From positions 68,075 through 132,074 of the forward strand of contig CACYWH010000002.1 in the NCBI GenBank assembly GCA_902778125.1: DNA of 64,000 nucleotides. Reading direction: 5' to 3'. The translations under genes and the position numbers were made by a program. Positions 50,224 through 60,668 of the stretch are shown here, one piece after another. The stretch comes from an uncultured Erysipelotrichaceae bacterium (GTDB taxonomy: Bacteria > Bacillota_I > Bacilli_A > RF39 > UBA660). Position 1 is the stretch's first letter. Each line of letters starts with the position of its first letter. A model generated the notes under the pieces. The model was given only the letters and a program-made list of their open reading frames with translations, did no database searches and was not told where the DNA came from.

Positions 50224-51798
50224 TCATTTCTTAAATAATGTACTCAAAAGCCCTCTTCCAAGACTTGCTCCTACATTACCTCCTAAAGTCTTACCAAAAC
50301 TACCAAACTTCTTTCCTACACTTTTTCCCATTTCTCTACCAACAGTACCTACTACAGAATTTCCAATTGTTTTGATAGTTTTGTTTCTTGCAGCTACTTC
50401 TTGTTTTGCTTTTTTAGCATCTTCTTTTGCTTTCTTTTCTGCTTCACGTGCAGCTTCTTTTTCTTCAATTGCTTTTTTAGCTGCTTCTTCAGCTGCTTTT
50501 GCATCTTCTATACCTTTTCTTTGTAAGAATTCATATGCAGTATCATTATCAACTGCTTTTGCATATTTACTATATAGTAAACTTTCTTTTATTTTATTAT
50601 CTCTTTCACTATCACTTACAGTACCAAAATTGCATTGAGGTGGTAAAATATATGCTTTTTCTGCAATAGTTGGTATACCATCTTCTCCTAAGAATGAAAC
50701 AACTGCTTCACCAGTTCCTAATGAAAGAATAGTTTCATATGTATTAAATTCAGGATTTGCTCTAAAAGATTCAGCAGCTGCTTTAACTGCTTTTTGTTCA
50801 AGAGGAGTATATGCTCTCAATCCATGTTCAATTTTATTTCCAAGTTGAGATAGAACACCATTAGGTATATCTTTAGGATTTTGAGTACAGAAATATACGC
50901 CTACTCCTTTAGAACGAATTAACTTAACCATTTGTTCAATCTTATCTAATAATACTTTTGGAGCATCATCAAATAATAAATGTGCCTCATCAAAGAAGAA
51001 TACCATTTTTGGTTTACTTAAGTCTCCTACTTCAGGTAATGTTTCAAATAATTCAGACATCATCCAAAGTAAAAATGTTGAATATAATTTTCCATTGTTA
51101 ATAAGAGTCGAACTATCAAGTATATTTATTACTCCTTTACCATTATCTTGTGTTAACCAATCACATATATTAAGAGCTGGCTCACCAAAGAATACATCTC
51201 CACCCTCTTTTTCAAGTGAAACTAATGAACGAACAATTACACCGATTGATGCACTACTAATCTTTCCATATTCTTCTTCATAATCTTTTGAATTTTTATC
51301 AACGTAAGCAAGAATAGATTTTAAGTCTTTAGTATCTGTTAATAATAAATTATTATCATCAGCTATTTTGAATATAACATTTAAAATATCTGTTTGTAAA
51401 TCATTTAATCCTAAAATTCTAGCAAGTAATAATGGCCCCATTTCTGAAATAGTTGTTCTTACTTGAATACCTTTTTTACCATATATATCCCAGAATGTTA
51501 CAGGAAAACCTTTATAAGTGAAATTGTATTCTGAAAGTCCGAATCTTTCAATTCTTTCTTTCATATTTTCACTTTCGTCTCCTGCTTTCATAATACCAGC
51601 AATGTCACCTTTTACATCTGCCATAAATACAGGGACACCCATTTCACTAAATGTTTCTGCTAAAACTTTTAATGTAACAGTTTTTCCAGTACCAGTAGCT
51701 CCAGCAACTAATCCGTGTCTGTTAGCCATTTTAGGTATAATATATAAAGGAGATCCTTTATCATTATTTGCTACCCATATTTTTTCTTCTCTTAACAT
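50224..51798 (-). CDS. HerA/FtsK-like P-loop ATPase of the DUF853 (YjgR) family
   Basis: Walker A GATGTGKT, Walker B VFFFDEAH. Lys/Ala/Glu-rich C-terminal tail. Stop overlaps the SPFH gene. Confidence 0.75.
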   Translation of the reverse strand: MLREEKIWVANNDKGSPLYIIPKMANRHGLVAGATGTGKTVTLKVLAETFSEMGVPVFMADVKGDIAGIMKAGDESENMKERIERFGLSEYNFTYKGFPVTFWDIYGKKGIQVRTTISEMGPLLLARILGLNDLQTDILNVIFKIADDNNLLLTDTKDLKSILAYVDKNSKDYEEEYGKISSASIGVIVRSLVSLEKEGGDVFFGEPALNICDWLTQDNGKGVINILDSSTLINNGKLYSTFLLWMMSELFETLPEVGDLSKPKMVFFFDEAHLLFDDAPKVLLDKIEQMVKLIRSKGVGVYFCTQNPKDIPNGVLSQLGNKIEHGLRAYTPLEQKAVKAAAESFRANPEFNTYETILSLGTGEAVVSFLGEDGIPTIAEKAYILPPQCNFGTVSDSERDNKIKESLLYSKYAKAVDNDTAYEFLQRKGIEDAKAAEEAAKKAIEEKEAAREAEKKAKEDAKKAKQEVAARNKTIKTIGNSVVGTVGREMGKSVGKKFGSFGKTLGGNVGASLGRGLLSTLFKK

Positions 51799-51879
51799 AT
51801 TAAACTCCTTTTCAATAAACTAAATCTCTAATATAAGTATAAAATTTATTTGTTAAAAATACAAGTGTTTTACTAATAC

Positions 51880-51902
51880 AAAAAAAGAAGCTATTTAGCT
51901 TC
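51880..51902 (-). terminator. spoVS terminator
   Basis: Minus strand GAAGCTAAATAGCTTC followed by T7. The stop codon lies in the loop. Confidence 0.65.
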
Positions 51903-52154
51903 TACAATCAATTTAATAGCGGTTTTTTCTTGATTATCTATTATTACGTCATAAAATGCTGGCGTACATACAAGATTTAAACCTAGTGGTGCTACAAAAC
52001 CTCTAGCAATAGAAATTGCCTTAATTGCTTGATTTACAGCACCTGCCCCTACAGTTTGTATTTCTACTCCTTTATTTCCTTCTCTAAATGAATTTGCAAT
52101 ACTTCCTGCAACTTTTTGAGAAATACTTTTACTTGATACTTTAATTATATCCAT
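51891..52154 (-). CDS. spoVS: Stage V sporulation protein S
   Basis: 87 aa MDIIKVSSKSISQKVAGSIANSF..., matching SpoVS closely. Confidence 0.85.
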   Translation of the reverse strand: MDIIKVSSKSISQKVAGSIANSFREGNKGVEIQTVGAGAVNQAIKAISIARGFVAPLGLNLVCTPAFYDVIIDNQEKTAIKLIVEAK

Positions 52155-52218
52155 TTATTCACCTCATTAATTAATATGAATAACATGCATAAAAATGCAT
52201 AAAAAAAGTAACATCATG

Positions 52219-52950
52219 TTACTTTTTATTAGTTACTTTTTTCTTTGAATCTTCTTTTTTAACAGGTTTTGTTTTCTTTCTTTGTGAAACTTTCTTTTCA
52301 GTAGACTTAGAAGATACTAATTTAGGGGCACTTACTGTTTTAGTGCTTATTCCCAAATTCATTTCCTCCCCAGTACATAAATATTCATGAACTTTATCAT
52401 TATTAATTAATATAACTAATAGTGGTTCTATTAAACTTAATAAACCAAATGCAATGAAATAATAACCTAATACTTCATTTAATATAGTTTCACTAAAATA
52501 GAATCTTATAGCAACAAATATTCCAAGGATTGAAAGTAATAAAGTTATAGAGAACTTTGCTACTACAAAAGGATTGCTCATTGATTCTAATCTCTTTGAA
52601 TAAAATCCTTTATTTAAAGTATTAGCTATTGAATAAATAAGTATAGAACATCCAAGTATAAAATAATTACAATAAAAGTCAGAATTAGCAAGAGCAAAGG
52701 CACCAACCACAACATTGATTACTGCAAAGAATAAGAACTCATAATCGCCCTTTCTTCTATTTGTGAAATATGCCGCTATTGCGAAAAATGCTACTATAAA
52801 GAATGCTACATACAAATACTTTAAAGTATATTGATTATTTACGTCTGGAAATGCCAGTATTGCAAATCCCATTAGTGCAATTACAAGATATAATACAATA
52901 TCAACAAAGATTATGTACCTGTCTGTCTCAGTTATTATTACTTTTTTCAT
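52219..52950 (-). CDS. Polytopic membrane protein with Lys-rich C-terminal tail (DUF308/HdeD-like?)
   Basis: About 6 TM helices. C-terminal KKVSQRKKTKPVKKEDSKKKVTNKK. Confidence 0.4.
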   Translation of the reverse strand: MKKVIITETDRYIIFVDIVLYLVIALMGFAILAFPDVNNQYTLKYLYVAFFIVAFFAIAAYFTNRRKGDYEFLFFAVINVVVGAFALANSDFYCNYFILGCSILIYSIANTLNKGFYSKRLESMSNPFVVAKFSITLLLSILGIFVAIRFYFSETILNEVLGYYFIAFGLLSLIEPLLVILINNDKVHEYLCTGEEMNLGISTKTVSAPKLVSSKSTEKKVSQRKKTKPVKKEDSKKKVTNKK

Positions 52951-52970
52951 TCTAAATCACCTACTACCCT

Positions 52971-54137
52971 TTAATATTCATTTTTATCTTTGTAACCAAA
53001 GAAATTATATTTTTCATCAAAGAAATTATATATTATTTTTAGTAATGCTACTACTGGGGTTGCTATTACCATTCCAAATACCCCAAATAAATATTCAAAC
53101 ACTAACAATGAAATAATTATTGTTATTGGACTTAAATTCATTTTTTTACTCATAACAAGTGGTTGTAAAACATTTCCATCTATTGTTTGTACAACTAATA
53201 TAAAGGCTAGTGTTAAGATTCCAACAATTGAACTTTGACTAAATCCTATTGCTCCTGCTACTGCAGCTCCCAAATAAGGTCCAATGTACGGAATCAAATT
53301 AGTAACAACACATACAAATGCAACTAATATTGGAGCATTTAAACCTATTATTGAAAAACCTATTACAGAAACAACAAATAATAAAATTGATAACCATAAT
53401 GTTCCACTAATAAATGAATATAATGAATCATTTAGTAATCCCATTAATCTCGTTGCTTCACTTCTTATATTCTTAGGTAATAAATCTATAAATCCTTCAC
53501 TAAATTTATCAAAGTCAAACAATATATAGAAGCCTAAAATTAAACTCAAAGCAATTGTACCTATTCCACTTACTAAAGATGAAATAACATTCATAACTGT
53601 TGTTGGCAAACTTGTTTGAATATCAGCAGAAAATGCATCTATTCTTGCTAAGAACGAAGATTTAACACTATCTAAATTTTGTAAACTTAAATTTGATAAC
53701 TTAATAAATATATCATCTATCCACTCTTTAACATCAGTGACAATCTTAGGTACTGCAGAAACTATATCTGATATTTGTGTACCAAGAGATGGGATAGTAA
53801 ATACAAGTATTAATACTATTACAGCAATCATCGATAAATAAACTATTATTACACTTGGTATTCTCTTCATACCTTTTTTAATAAGTCTGTTTACCATTGG
53901 GTTTAATAGCCAAGCTACAAACCATCCTATAAATAATGGAGATATTATTGATAGTATTTTTCCAAAGAAAGATAATATTTTCCATTCTTTAAATATAAGA
54001 CTACCAACATAAACTAATAGAATTATGAATAAAATATATAAAATGTTTAATATTTTATTGCTAGTTTTAACTAGGTCATTTATTCTACCAGTATTGATTT
54101 TTCTAGCATCTCGCTTCTTTAATTTATCCTCATCCAT
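52971..54137 (-). CDS. AI-2E family transporter (PerM/YtvI-like)
   Basis: 388 aa with 8 TM helices and the conserved GLLNDSLYSFISG / PYIGPYLGA regions. Confidence 0.7.
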   Translation of the reverse strand: MDEDKLKKRDARKINTGRINDLVKTSNKILNILYILFIILLVYVGSLIFKEWKILSFFGKILSIISPLFIGWFVAWLLNPMVNRLIKKGMKRIPSVIIVYLSMIAVIVLILVFTIPSLGTQISDIVSAVPKIVTDVKEWIDDIFIKLSNLSLQNLDSVKSSFLARIDAFSADIQTSLPTTVMNVISSLVSGIGTIALSLILGFYILFDFDKFSEGFIDLLPKNIRSEATRLMGLLNDSLYSFISGTLWLSILLFVVSVIGFSIIGLNAPILVAFVCVVTNLIPYIGPYLGAAVAGAIGFSQSSIVGILTLAFILVVQTIDGNVLQPLVMSKKMNLSPITIIISLLVFEYLFGVFGMVIATPVVALLKIIYNFFDEKYNFFGYKDKNEY

Positions 54138-54414
54138 AAGTATAACTCCTTATTAACTTTATACTACATTTTTATTTTATCATTTTAATTTTAATAAATC
54201 AATATTTTTACTTATATTAATTATATGAAAAAAATAGTTTTAAAAAAACTATTTTTACATATCTCTTACTACTCTTTTAATGTAGTTTACAACATCTTTT
54301 TGATACTTTTGATACATTATTCCCATACCCATACCACCTGCAAAAACAATCATTTTTTCTAAAGTTTTAATAATATCACTCTCCTTAGTATTATTATTAA
54401 AACTTTTAATATTT

Positions 54415-56589
54415 TTATACATGTTTTAAATATGTATTTCTATTATCACCATATAACGTCTTAACAGATAAATTAAATGAATCAATACTACCTAGAATTA
54501 TTAATGAGGATTTTGCTCTTGTAACTGCTGTATATATTAGTTTATTATAAAACATTCTATTGAAACTTTTAGCAAGTATTATAACAACATTATCATATTC
54601 ACTACCCTGTGATTTATGTATTGATACAGCATATGCTAAATTGAATTTATCAAATTCTCCACTTTTATATTCAACAACATTACCACTATAGTTTATTTCA
54701 ACAACCACTTTTTTATCAACATACTCTATACTCTGTATATATCCTATATCACCATTATATATATTATTATCAACATCATTTACAAGTTGTATTACTTTAT
54801 CGTTAACTCTATAATATTTATCTCCTATTTGAACAGTATCTTCGTTGGGATTAAATATATTGGCCATTAAATTGTTTAAATTATCTATACCATTTATACC
54901 TTTATACATAGGAGCTAAAACTTGAAAATCATTTAAAGATATATTTTTTTCTTTTACTGACATACATATTTTCTTTAAATAGTCTTGAATATTACTATCG
55001 GAACTTTCTATAAATTTAAAGTCTGTATATTCATTTGAAAATTCATTAAATTCTTTTTTATCTTTAATATCACTAGCTAAATAAGTTATATAGCTTCCCT
55101 CTTTTACTCTATATATAGTATCTAAATATTTTTTATTAAAGTTATCATTATGTAAAAGATCATTTAGAACATCTCCTGGTCCAATTGAAGGAAGTTGATT
55201 GGCATCTCCAATTAATATTAATTTAACATTAGATTTAAGTCCCTTTAATAATGATGAAAACAAAAATATATCTATCATTGATGCTTCATCAACAATAACT
55301 ATATCTTCATATGTTTTATTATATTCATCTACTAAGAAATTTTCTGTTTCTTTATTCCATTTTAAATATTTATGTAATGTCCAAGCTGGTGTTTTAACGC
55401 TTTCTGCCATTCGTTTAGATGCTCTTCCAGTTGGCGCTAATAAAGCAAAATTTTCACTTGTCAAATCATATAAATCTTTAAGTATTTCTACTATTGCTTT
55501 TATAATTGTAGTTTTACCAGTCCCAGGGCCACCTGTAATAATAAAGAAATTATTTTTAATAGCGCCTTTAATGGCATCTTTTTGACATTCGTTAAATACT
55601 ATAGAACATCTTTTTTCATACTCTTTAATAAATTTATCTACTTTTATATCATTTATATCATTTTTTATATTTGATAATCTTGTTATTTCATTATAAATGT
55701 ATTTTTCAGTTTCAACAAAATTTGAAAGAGCAATATATTCGTCTATTTCCTTTATTTTATTTTCTCTTTTTAATTTTTCAATATAAGATAAATATAAATC
55801 TGCATTAAAATTATCATTAAAACATTTTTTTAGTTTTAAAAATAATTCTTCTCTTTTGATTAATGTATCGCCATTTTCATAACAAGAAACATAAATTGTA
55901 TGTAATAATAATGCTTCTATTCTATATGGATGCATCTCTTCATGATTTTGTTTAAAAATTGAATCTAACTTTTCAAATGATACATATTCAACCAATTCAT
56001 ATATATTATCATTCATAATATATTCTATATTACTTTTATATATAGATATCAGTTTTATTGCCTCATTAACACTAAAACCATAGGCATTTAATTTTAATAT
56101 TAAATCTTGATTATATTCACTATTTAATATAATATCATGCATCATCCTTGCTTTATTTATATTCATCCCGCTTACTAATGCAACTCTTTCATGATCAGTT
56201 TTAATTATTTCTATGGTTTCACTGCCAAACCTTTCAACTATCTTTTTTGCGGTTTTAAGACCAATTCCTTTAAACATACCACTACTTAAATATAAAATTA
56301 AGCTATCCAAATCATTAGGTGCTTTTACTTCATAGGATTCGACTTGATATTGAATACCATATCTTGGATGATTTACTAACTTTCCATATAAAATATAATC
56401 TAAATCAGTGTTTATCTCAGTGAATGAACCAGTAAATCCTATTATTTTATTAATATATTCTTTAACACTATCATCATTGGTTTCTCTCACTTTAAAAATT
56501 CCAACTTTATATGGACCACTATTACTTTCATAAATAATTTTTCTAATGTTTCCTGATATATAATCTTTCATCATTAAATATATTATCAC
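54415..56589 (-). CDS. recD2: RecD2-like ATP-dependent DNA helicase (SF1B)
   Basis: N-terminal OB/HhH region, Walker A GGPGTGKTT, motif II DEASM, C-terminal SH3-like and VSIHKSQGSE. The start may be an internal Met (MMKDYISG). Confidence 0.8.
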   Translation of the reverse strand: MIIYLMMKDYISGNIRKIIYESNSGPYKVGIFKVRETNDDSVKEYINKIIGFTGSFTEINTDLDYILYGKLVNHPRYGIQYQVESYEVKAPNDLDSLILYLSSGMFKGIGLKTAKKIVERFGSETIEIIKTDHERVALVSGMNINKARMMHDIILNSEYNQDLILKLNAYGFSVNEAIKLISIYKSNIEYIMNDNIYELVEYVSFEKLDSIFKQNHEEMHPYRIEALLLHTIYVSCYENGDTLIKREELFLKLKKCFNDNFNADLYLSYIEKLKRENKIKEIDEYIALSNFVETEKYIYNEITRLSNIKNDINDIKVDKFIKEYEKRCSIVFNECQKDAIKGAIKNNFFIITGGPGTGKTTIIKAIVEILKDLYDLTSENFALLAPTGRASKRMAESVKTPAWTLHKYLKWNKETENFLVDEYNKTYEDIVIVDEASMIDIFLFSSLLKGLKSNVKLILIGDANQLPSIGPGDVLNDLLHNDNFNKKYLDTIYRVKEGSYITYLASDIKDKKEFNEFSNEYTDFKFIESSDSNIQDYLKKICMSVKEKNISLNDFQVLAPMYKGINGIDNLNNLMANIFNPNEDTVQIGDKYYRVNDKVIQLVNDVDNNIYNGDIGYIQSIEYVDKKVVVEINYSGNVVEYKSGEFDKFNLAYAVSIHKSQGSEYDNVVIILAKSFNRMFYNKLIYTAVTRAKSSLIILGSIDSFNLSVKTLYGDNRNTYLKHV

Positions 56590-56607
56590 ATTTAAAAAGA
56601 AAAATCA

Positions 56608-57129
56608 TTAATTTGACTTTTCTTTAAGTTTAAATGTCATATGAACATTTCCACTACCCAACATTTCTTTTAAATTATTTTTATCATCACCTATAACTTC
56701 TCCAAGTTTGGTAAAATTCCATGTGTTTTCATCATAATATAATGTAATTTGATTACCCTGATATAGAATTAAATCTCCAGGTTTTGTAGTAATTCTTTCA
56801 TCATTTGTTGGAAGTTGAAAGCCCAAATCTCCTACTTTTTCAAAATTACCATAATCATGAGCATCTACTTCTATATTATCATTTATTAACTTTTGAACTA
56901 ATGCATCAGCAGATGAATTATTCTCAAGTTTAATTAACAATTCATGATTATTTACAATTAAAACAATTTCACTTATTTCATCCTCAATATCATTTGTATT
57001 ATTATCTAAATTATTATTCATATTATTCTCCTTGCTTTCATTATTATTGTTTTCTTTTCTAAAAAATATTAAAGTTACAATAACTATTGCTATCAAAACT
57101 ATAAATATAAATATTATTTTTTTATTCAT
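56608..57129 (-). CDS. Secreted cyclophilin-like-fold domain protein
   Basis: Signal peptide MNKKIIFIFIVLIAI. The domain pattern LPTNDER.TTKPGDLILYQGNQITLYYDEN...LGEV resembles the cyclophilin-like (non-PPIase) family. Confidence 0.5.
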   Translation of the reverse strand: MNKKIIFIFIVLIAIVIVTLIFFRKENNNNESKENNMNNNLDNNTNDIEDEISEIVLIVNNHELLIKLENNSSADALVQKLINDNIEVDAHDYGNFEKVGDLGFQLPTNDERITTKPGDLILYQGNQITLYYDENTWNFTKLGEVIGDDKNNLKEMLGSGNVHMTFKLKEKSN

Positions 57130-59620
57130 AAATCTTACCCTTTCTAAAAACAAATATAATTGCTAATAAAAGTCCTATTATACTTAATATTATTCCAACA
57201 TTTTTAAGTGGTGAACTATAATGAATTTCTATATTATGTTCTCCCTTAAAAATCTTAAATCCAAGAAACGCTCTATTAACAATTTCATAATCTATTTTTT
57301 GTCCATCAACTTTAACTGTAAATCCTTTATCATAAGGAATAGTGGTAACAAAGTATCCATCATCAATAGCATTAACACTTGCATATATATTATCCCCATA
57401 TGTATTATCTTTGATATTAACTTTAGTAACTTTTTGATTTATATTTTTTATATTCTCATATGACAAATAATAAACTTTTATATTTGAAATATTATATGTT
57501 CCTTTATTAAAAGTTAATTTTATATTATCTCTATATTTTTCTGACAACACATAATTAAATGTTGTATTGGCATTATAATATTTCCATTCTTTACAAGTCA
57601 AAGTATTAGAAGTGCCATTTAATCTAATTAAAAGGTCTCCTTTAGCACATGATTGAGGTTTTAAATCAAAAGATACAAATAATATTTTATCTTTTATATC
57701 ATCATCAAGTTCAATAATCATTTCACTATTCTTTTTGGCTACATTTATTACATTTTTATTAATGCTTATGTTTTCATCAACATTAGATACTTTAAATTTA
57801 TTTAATGGAATCTCTTCTATATTACTAATATAATTATTCGAAACGTTCTTATCTATTATAGTGTTATTTAATAATATTTCATTTGTATATGGGAAACTAT
57901 ATTTATTAAAATCTTCATTGCTCATAAAATTATAACTAACATACATAAATGGTAAAACATCATTATTTTCATATAATACTACATTGTTGATTCTATCTTT
58001 TTCGTTGTACCCGGCAATACTTGTTTCATCAGATATTAAATATTTATTATTGGAAAATAGTAAATACATTATATTTTTATTAGCGGTTAACAGTGATCTA
58101 TTTCTATATTCCATTGTATTTTCAAAAATATCATAATAGAATTTATTATATAATACGTTACCAATAGAAGAATAAATATAATCAGAATAAATGTTAATAT
58201 TTTCATTTATGGTATTAACATTATCATGACTATAATTAAGAAGTGTTGTATGATTATAATCATTAGGTATTTTTTTACTTAATTCTTTTTGATTCATATT
58301 CGAATCATTATAATATCTACTAAATGGAACTAATTTATTATTAGGTAATGCAAGGTAACTAATAGTAAAAATTAGAATTATCATCAAAGTATTAAATATT
58401 TTTTTATAGTTATATTTATTCATTAAAATAATGATTATTAATGTTAGTAAATAATCAAGATAAAAAATATATAAATAATGAGATTTAGTAATAAATACAA
58501 TTAGAATAACAATTATACTAATTATAAATAATTTTATAATACTTATCTTATTAGAATAAACATATTTAATAGATTCAGAAATTGAAATAACATATAATGG
58601 CAAAAATGGAATTAATACTTTAGGATCTATATACATAGTTGCATTTAATATATAATTAAATATTGGAAATAAAACTAAAATTGAAAGTATTGTAGACAAA
58701 AATATATTTTCTTTTTTATTTGATAAAAATAATAATATTAAACTAATTAATGATATAGAAGTCAATCCTACTCCATAAGAATAGTACATTAAATATTTAA
58801 CATTTATGTTTGGAATAATAAGATTTTTTATATCGATTACAGTTGATGTTCCAAATCTTCCACTCAATAGTGAAGAAAATGTTGGTAATATTAGAACACA
58901 TGAAAGTAGTATACCTATAATTATAGGAATTAGAAAATGAATACCATCCATCATAAATGATTTAAATGTTATTTTAGTATTTATGGAAATATATTTATAA
59001 ATTCCATATAAAATTATACAGATTATAGATGAAATACTATAATAATAACTCATTAATATAATTAATAATGTGGATATACATAATAATCTCTTATCTTTTT
59101 TTTCAAAATATAAATTTACTCCAATCAAAGCTAGTATTAAAAAAGGCATATAATTTATAAACATAATATGTCTATGTGAATGAAAAAATAATGGCGATGC
59201 AAGCATAAAAGAAATTGTGCCAATTAAAGATATATTTTCATCATATTTATTTAATCTTAAAAAATAATAAAATAGTATTATACTGAAATAAATAAGTAAT
59301 ACACTAGACATTTGAATATATAATTTCATTGACACAAATGGGAATAGGTATGAAATCATTATAATTGGATTTAATAATCCATAATATGCATAATTATATA
59401 TATTTTGTCCACCACCTAAATTAGGAGCAAAACTAGGTAATAATTTATGAGTTTTATAAAATAAAGTTCTAAAATATTCAGGAATCACTGAATGTTGATT
59501 TATCCAATCAAGTATTGATCCATAAAAAGTTTTATCTTTTAAAATAAATAAAACAATCAGTATAAACAATACTGTTAAAACAAATATATTTAAAATGTCT
59601 TTTTTATTTATTCTTTTCAT
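57122..59620 (-). CDS. yfhO: YfhO-family polytopic membrane glycosyltransferase
   Basis: 832 aa with about 14 N-terminal TM helices and a large extracytoplasmic C-terminal half. Confidence 0.7.
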   Translation of the reverse strand: MKRINKKDILNIFVLTVLFILIVLFILKDKTFYGSILDWINQHSVIPEYFRTLFYKTHKLLPSFAPNLGGGQNIYNYAYYGLLNPIIMISYLFPFVSMKLYIQMSSVLLIYFSIILFYYFLRLNKYDENISLIGTISFMLASPLFFHSHRHIMFINYMPFLILALIGVNLYFEKKDKRLLCISTLLIILMSYYYSISSIICIILYGIYKYISINTKITFKSFMMDGIHFLIPIIIGILLSCVLILPTFSSLLSGRFGTSTVIDIKNLIIPNINVKYLMYYSYGVGLTSISLISLILLFLSNKKENIFLSTILSILVLFPIFNYILNATMYIDPKVLIPFLPLYVISISESIKYVYSNKISIIKLFIISIIVILIVFITKSHYLYIFYLDYLLTLIIIILMNKYNYKKIFNTLMIILIFTISYLALPNNKLVPFSRYYNDSNMNQKELSKKIPNDYNHTTLLNYSHDNVNTINENINIYSDYIYSSIGNVLYNKFYYDIFENTMEYRNRSLLTANKNIMYLLFSNNKYLISDETSIAGYNEKDRINNVVLYENNDVLPFMYVSYNFMSNEDFNKYSFPYTNEILLNNTIIDKNVSNNYISNIEEIPLNKFKVSNVDENISINKNVINVAKKNSEMIIELDDDIKDKILFVSFDLKPQSCAKGDLLIRLNGTSNTLTCKEWKYYNANTTFNYVLSEKYRDNIKLTFNKGTYNISNIKVYYLSYENIKNINQKVTKVNIKDNTYGDNIYASVNAIDDGYFVTTIPYDKGFTVKVDGQKIDYEIVNRAFLGFKIFKGEHNIEIHYSSPLKNVGIILSIIGLLLAIIFVFRKGKIYE

Positions 59621-59703
59621 CCAATATCACAAGGTTATTTTACATTTATATTTATTAAATGTCAATTCAAGAAAAAAAGGGATTTAATCCCTTTAATTAT
59701 TTA

Positions 59704-59780
59704 ATGGCGTCCCCGGCTGGAATCGAACCAGTGACCTATAGCTTAGGAGGCTATCGCTCTATCCTACTGAGCTACGAGGA
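59704..59780 (-). tRNA. tRNA-Arg (anticodon CCT)
   Basis: Minus strand GTCCTCG-TA-GCTC-AGTAGGATA-GAGC-G-ATAGC-CTCCTAA-GCTAT-AGGTC-ACTGG-TTCGATT-CCAGC-CGGGGAC-G-CCA. All stems pair, U33 is present, the anticodon is CCT, and CCA is encoded. Confidence 0.85.
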
Positions 59781-59790
59781 CACTTTAGAA

Positions 59791-60282
59791 CTAAACTAAT
59801 GTTCTAACTAAAAATATATACGCAAACACATAAGTAAAGCCTAATTCATATCTGAAAAATTCATAAAAACTAACTAACTTATCTGATATACAAACTATTT
59901 TTGATTCAGCATATTTCGGTTTTTCATGAGTTATAGGAAACATATGTGTCACTATTATATCTTCCTCTATTTCATTTATATCAAAATATTTGTTTGCATT
60001 ATTAAGAGCAATATTAGGATGCTCTTTCAAAAAATTCTTATATTTAGTTTCTTCTTTACTTATATCAGTTTTAGTAAAGAAATCATGCATCATAGCTCCT
60101 CTAGTACAAGAAATGTAATCATATCCTAATCTTTTAGATATCATAAAACTTAATTTAGCAACTCTATTAATATGATTTAATCTATTATCTCCATGATGCA
60201 TTATTGATTTTAATTCCCTAAATTTATTTACATTATAAAATTCACTATAAATGTCATAGTATATTGATTTATTTATATTCAT
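59791..60282 (-). CDS. HD-domain hydrolase
   Basis: H...HD motif (MHHGDNRLNHINRV...AMMHDF). The start is likely at internal Met MNINKS, which avoids overlap with the upstream ORF. Confidence 0.5.
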   Translation of the reverse strand: MNINKSIYYDIYSEFYNVNKFRELKSIMHHGDNRLNHINRVAKLSFMISKRLGYDYISCTRGAMMHDFFTKTDISKEETKYKNFLKEHPNIALNNANKYFDINEIEEDIIVTHMFPITHEKPKYAESKIVCISDKLVSFYEFFRYELGFTYVFAYIFLVRTLV

Positions 60283-60296
60283 AATACTTCTAGTCT

Positions 60297-60668
60297 TTAT
60301 ACCCATCTTGGTATATAAAGATTTCTTGTCCATCCTTCCATGTATTTCTCATATTCTGAAATAATCTTTTTAGCAATATAACCTATTACATCAGTCTCAC
60401 TTTTAGAAACTTTTAGAGACACTAAAAAATTATTTAGAATAGTTTTAAACTCCCTGTCGTCTATATATCTAGCAATAGCTTTATTTAAAGTATTTACTAG
60501 TTTTAAATCGGCTTTGTTATTAACATTAACAGAAAATATATATGATTGATATATTCCGATTACCTTATCTGTCATATAATCTAATTCATTAAATTCTTCA
60601 TTTATAATTCTAAAGTAATCAGGACAATATTTTAAAATTATTTTATTATTTAAAAACCTATTTTCCAT
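60297..60668 (-). CDS. Hypothetical 123-aa protein
   Basis: ORF track only. Abuts rseP. Confidence 0.35.
   Translation of the reverse strand: MENRFLNNKIILKYCPDYFRIINEEFNELDYMTDKVIGIYQSYIFSVNVNNKADLKLVNTLNKAIARYIDDREFKTILNNFLVSLKVSKSETDVIGYIAKKIISEYEKYMEGWTRNLYIPRWV

Noticed and set aside
54415-56589. RecD-like helicase considered as part of a defence system
   Set aside because: It has the full RecD2 housekeeping architecture (N-terminal OB/HhH, SF1B core, C-terminal SH3-like). It has no adjacent nuclease or methylase partner.
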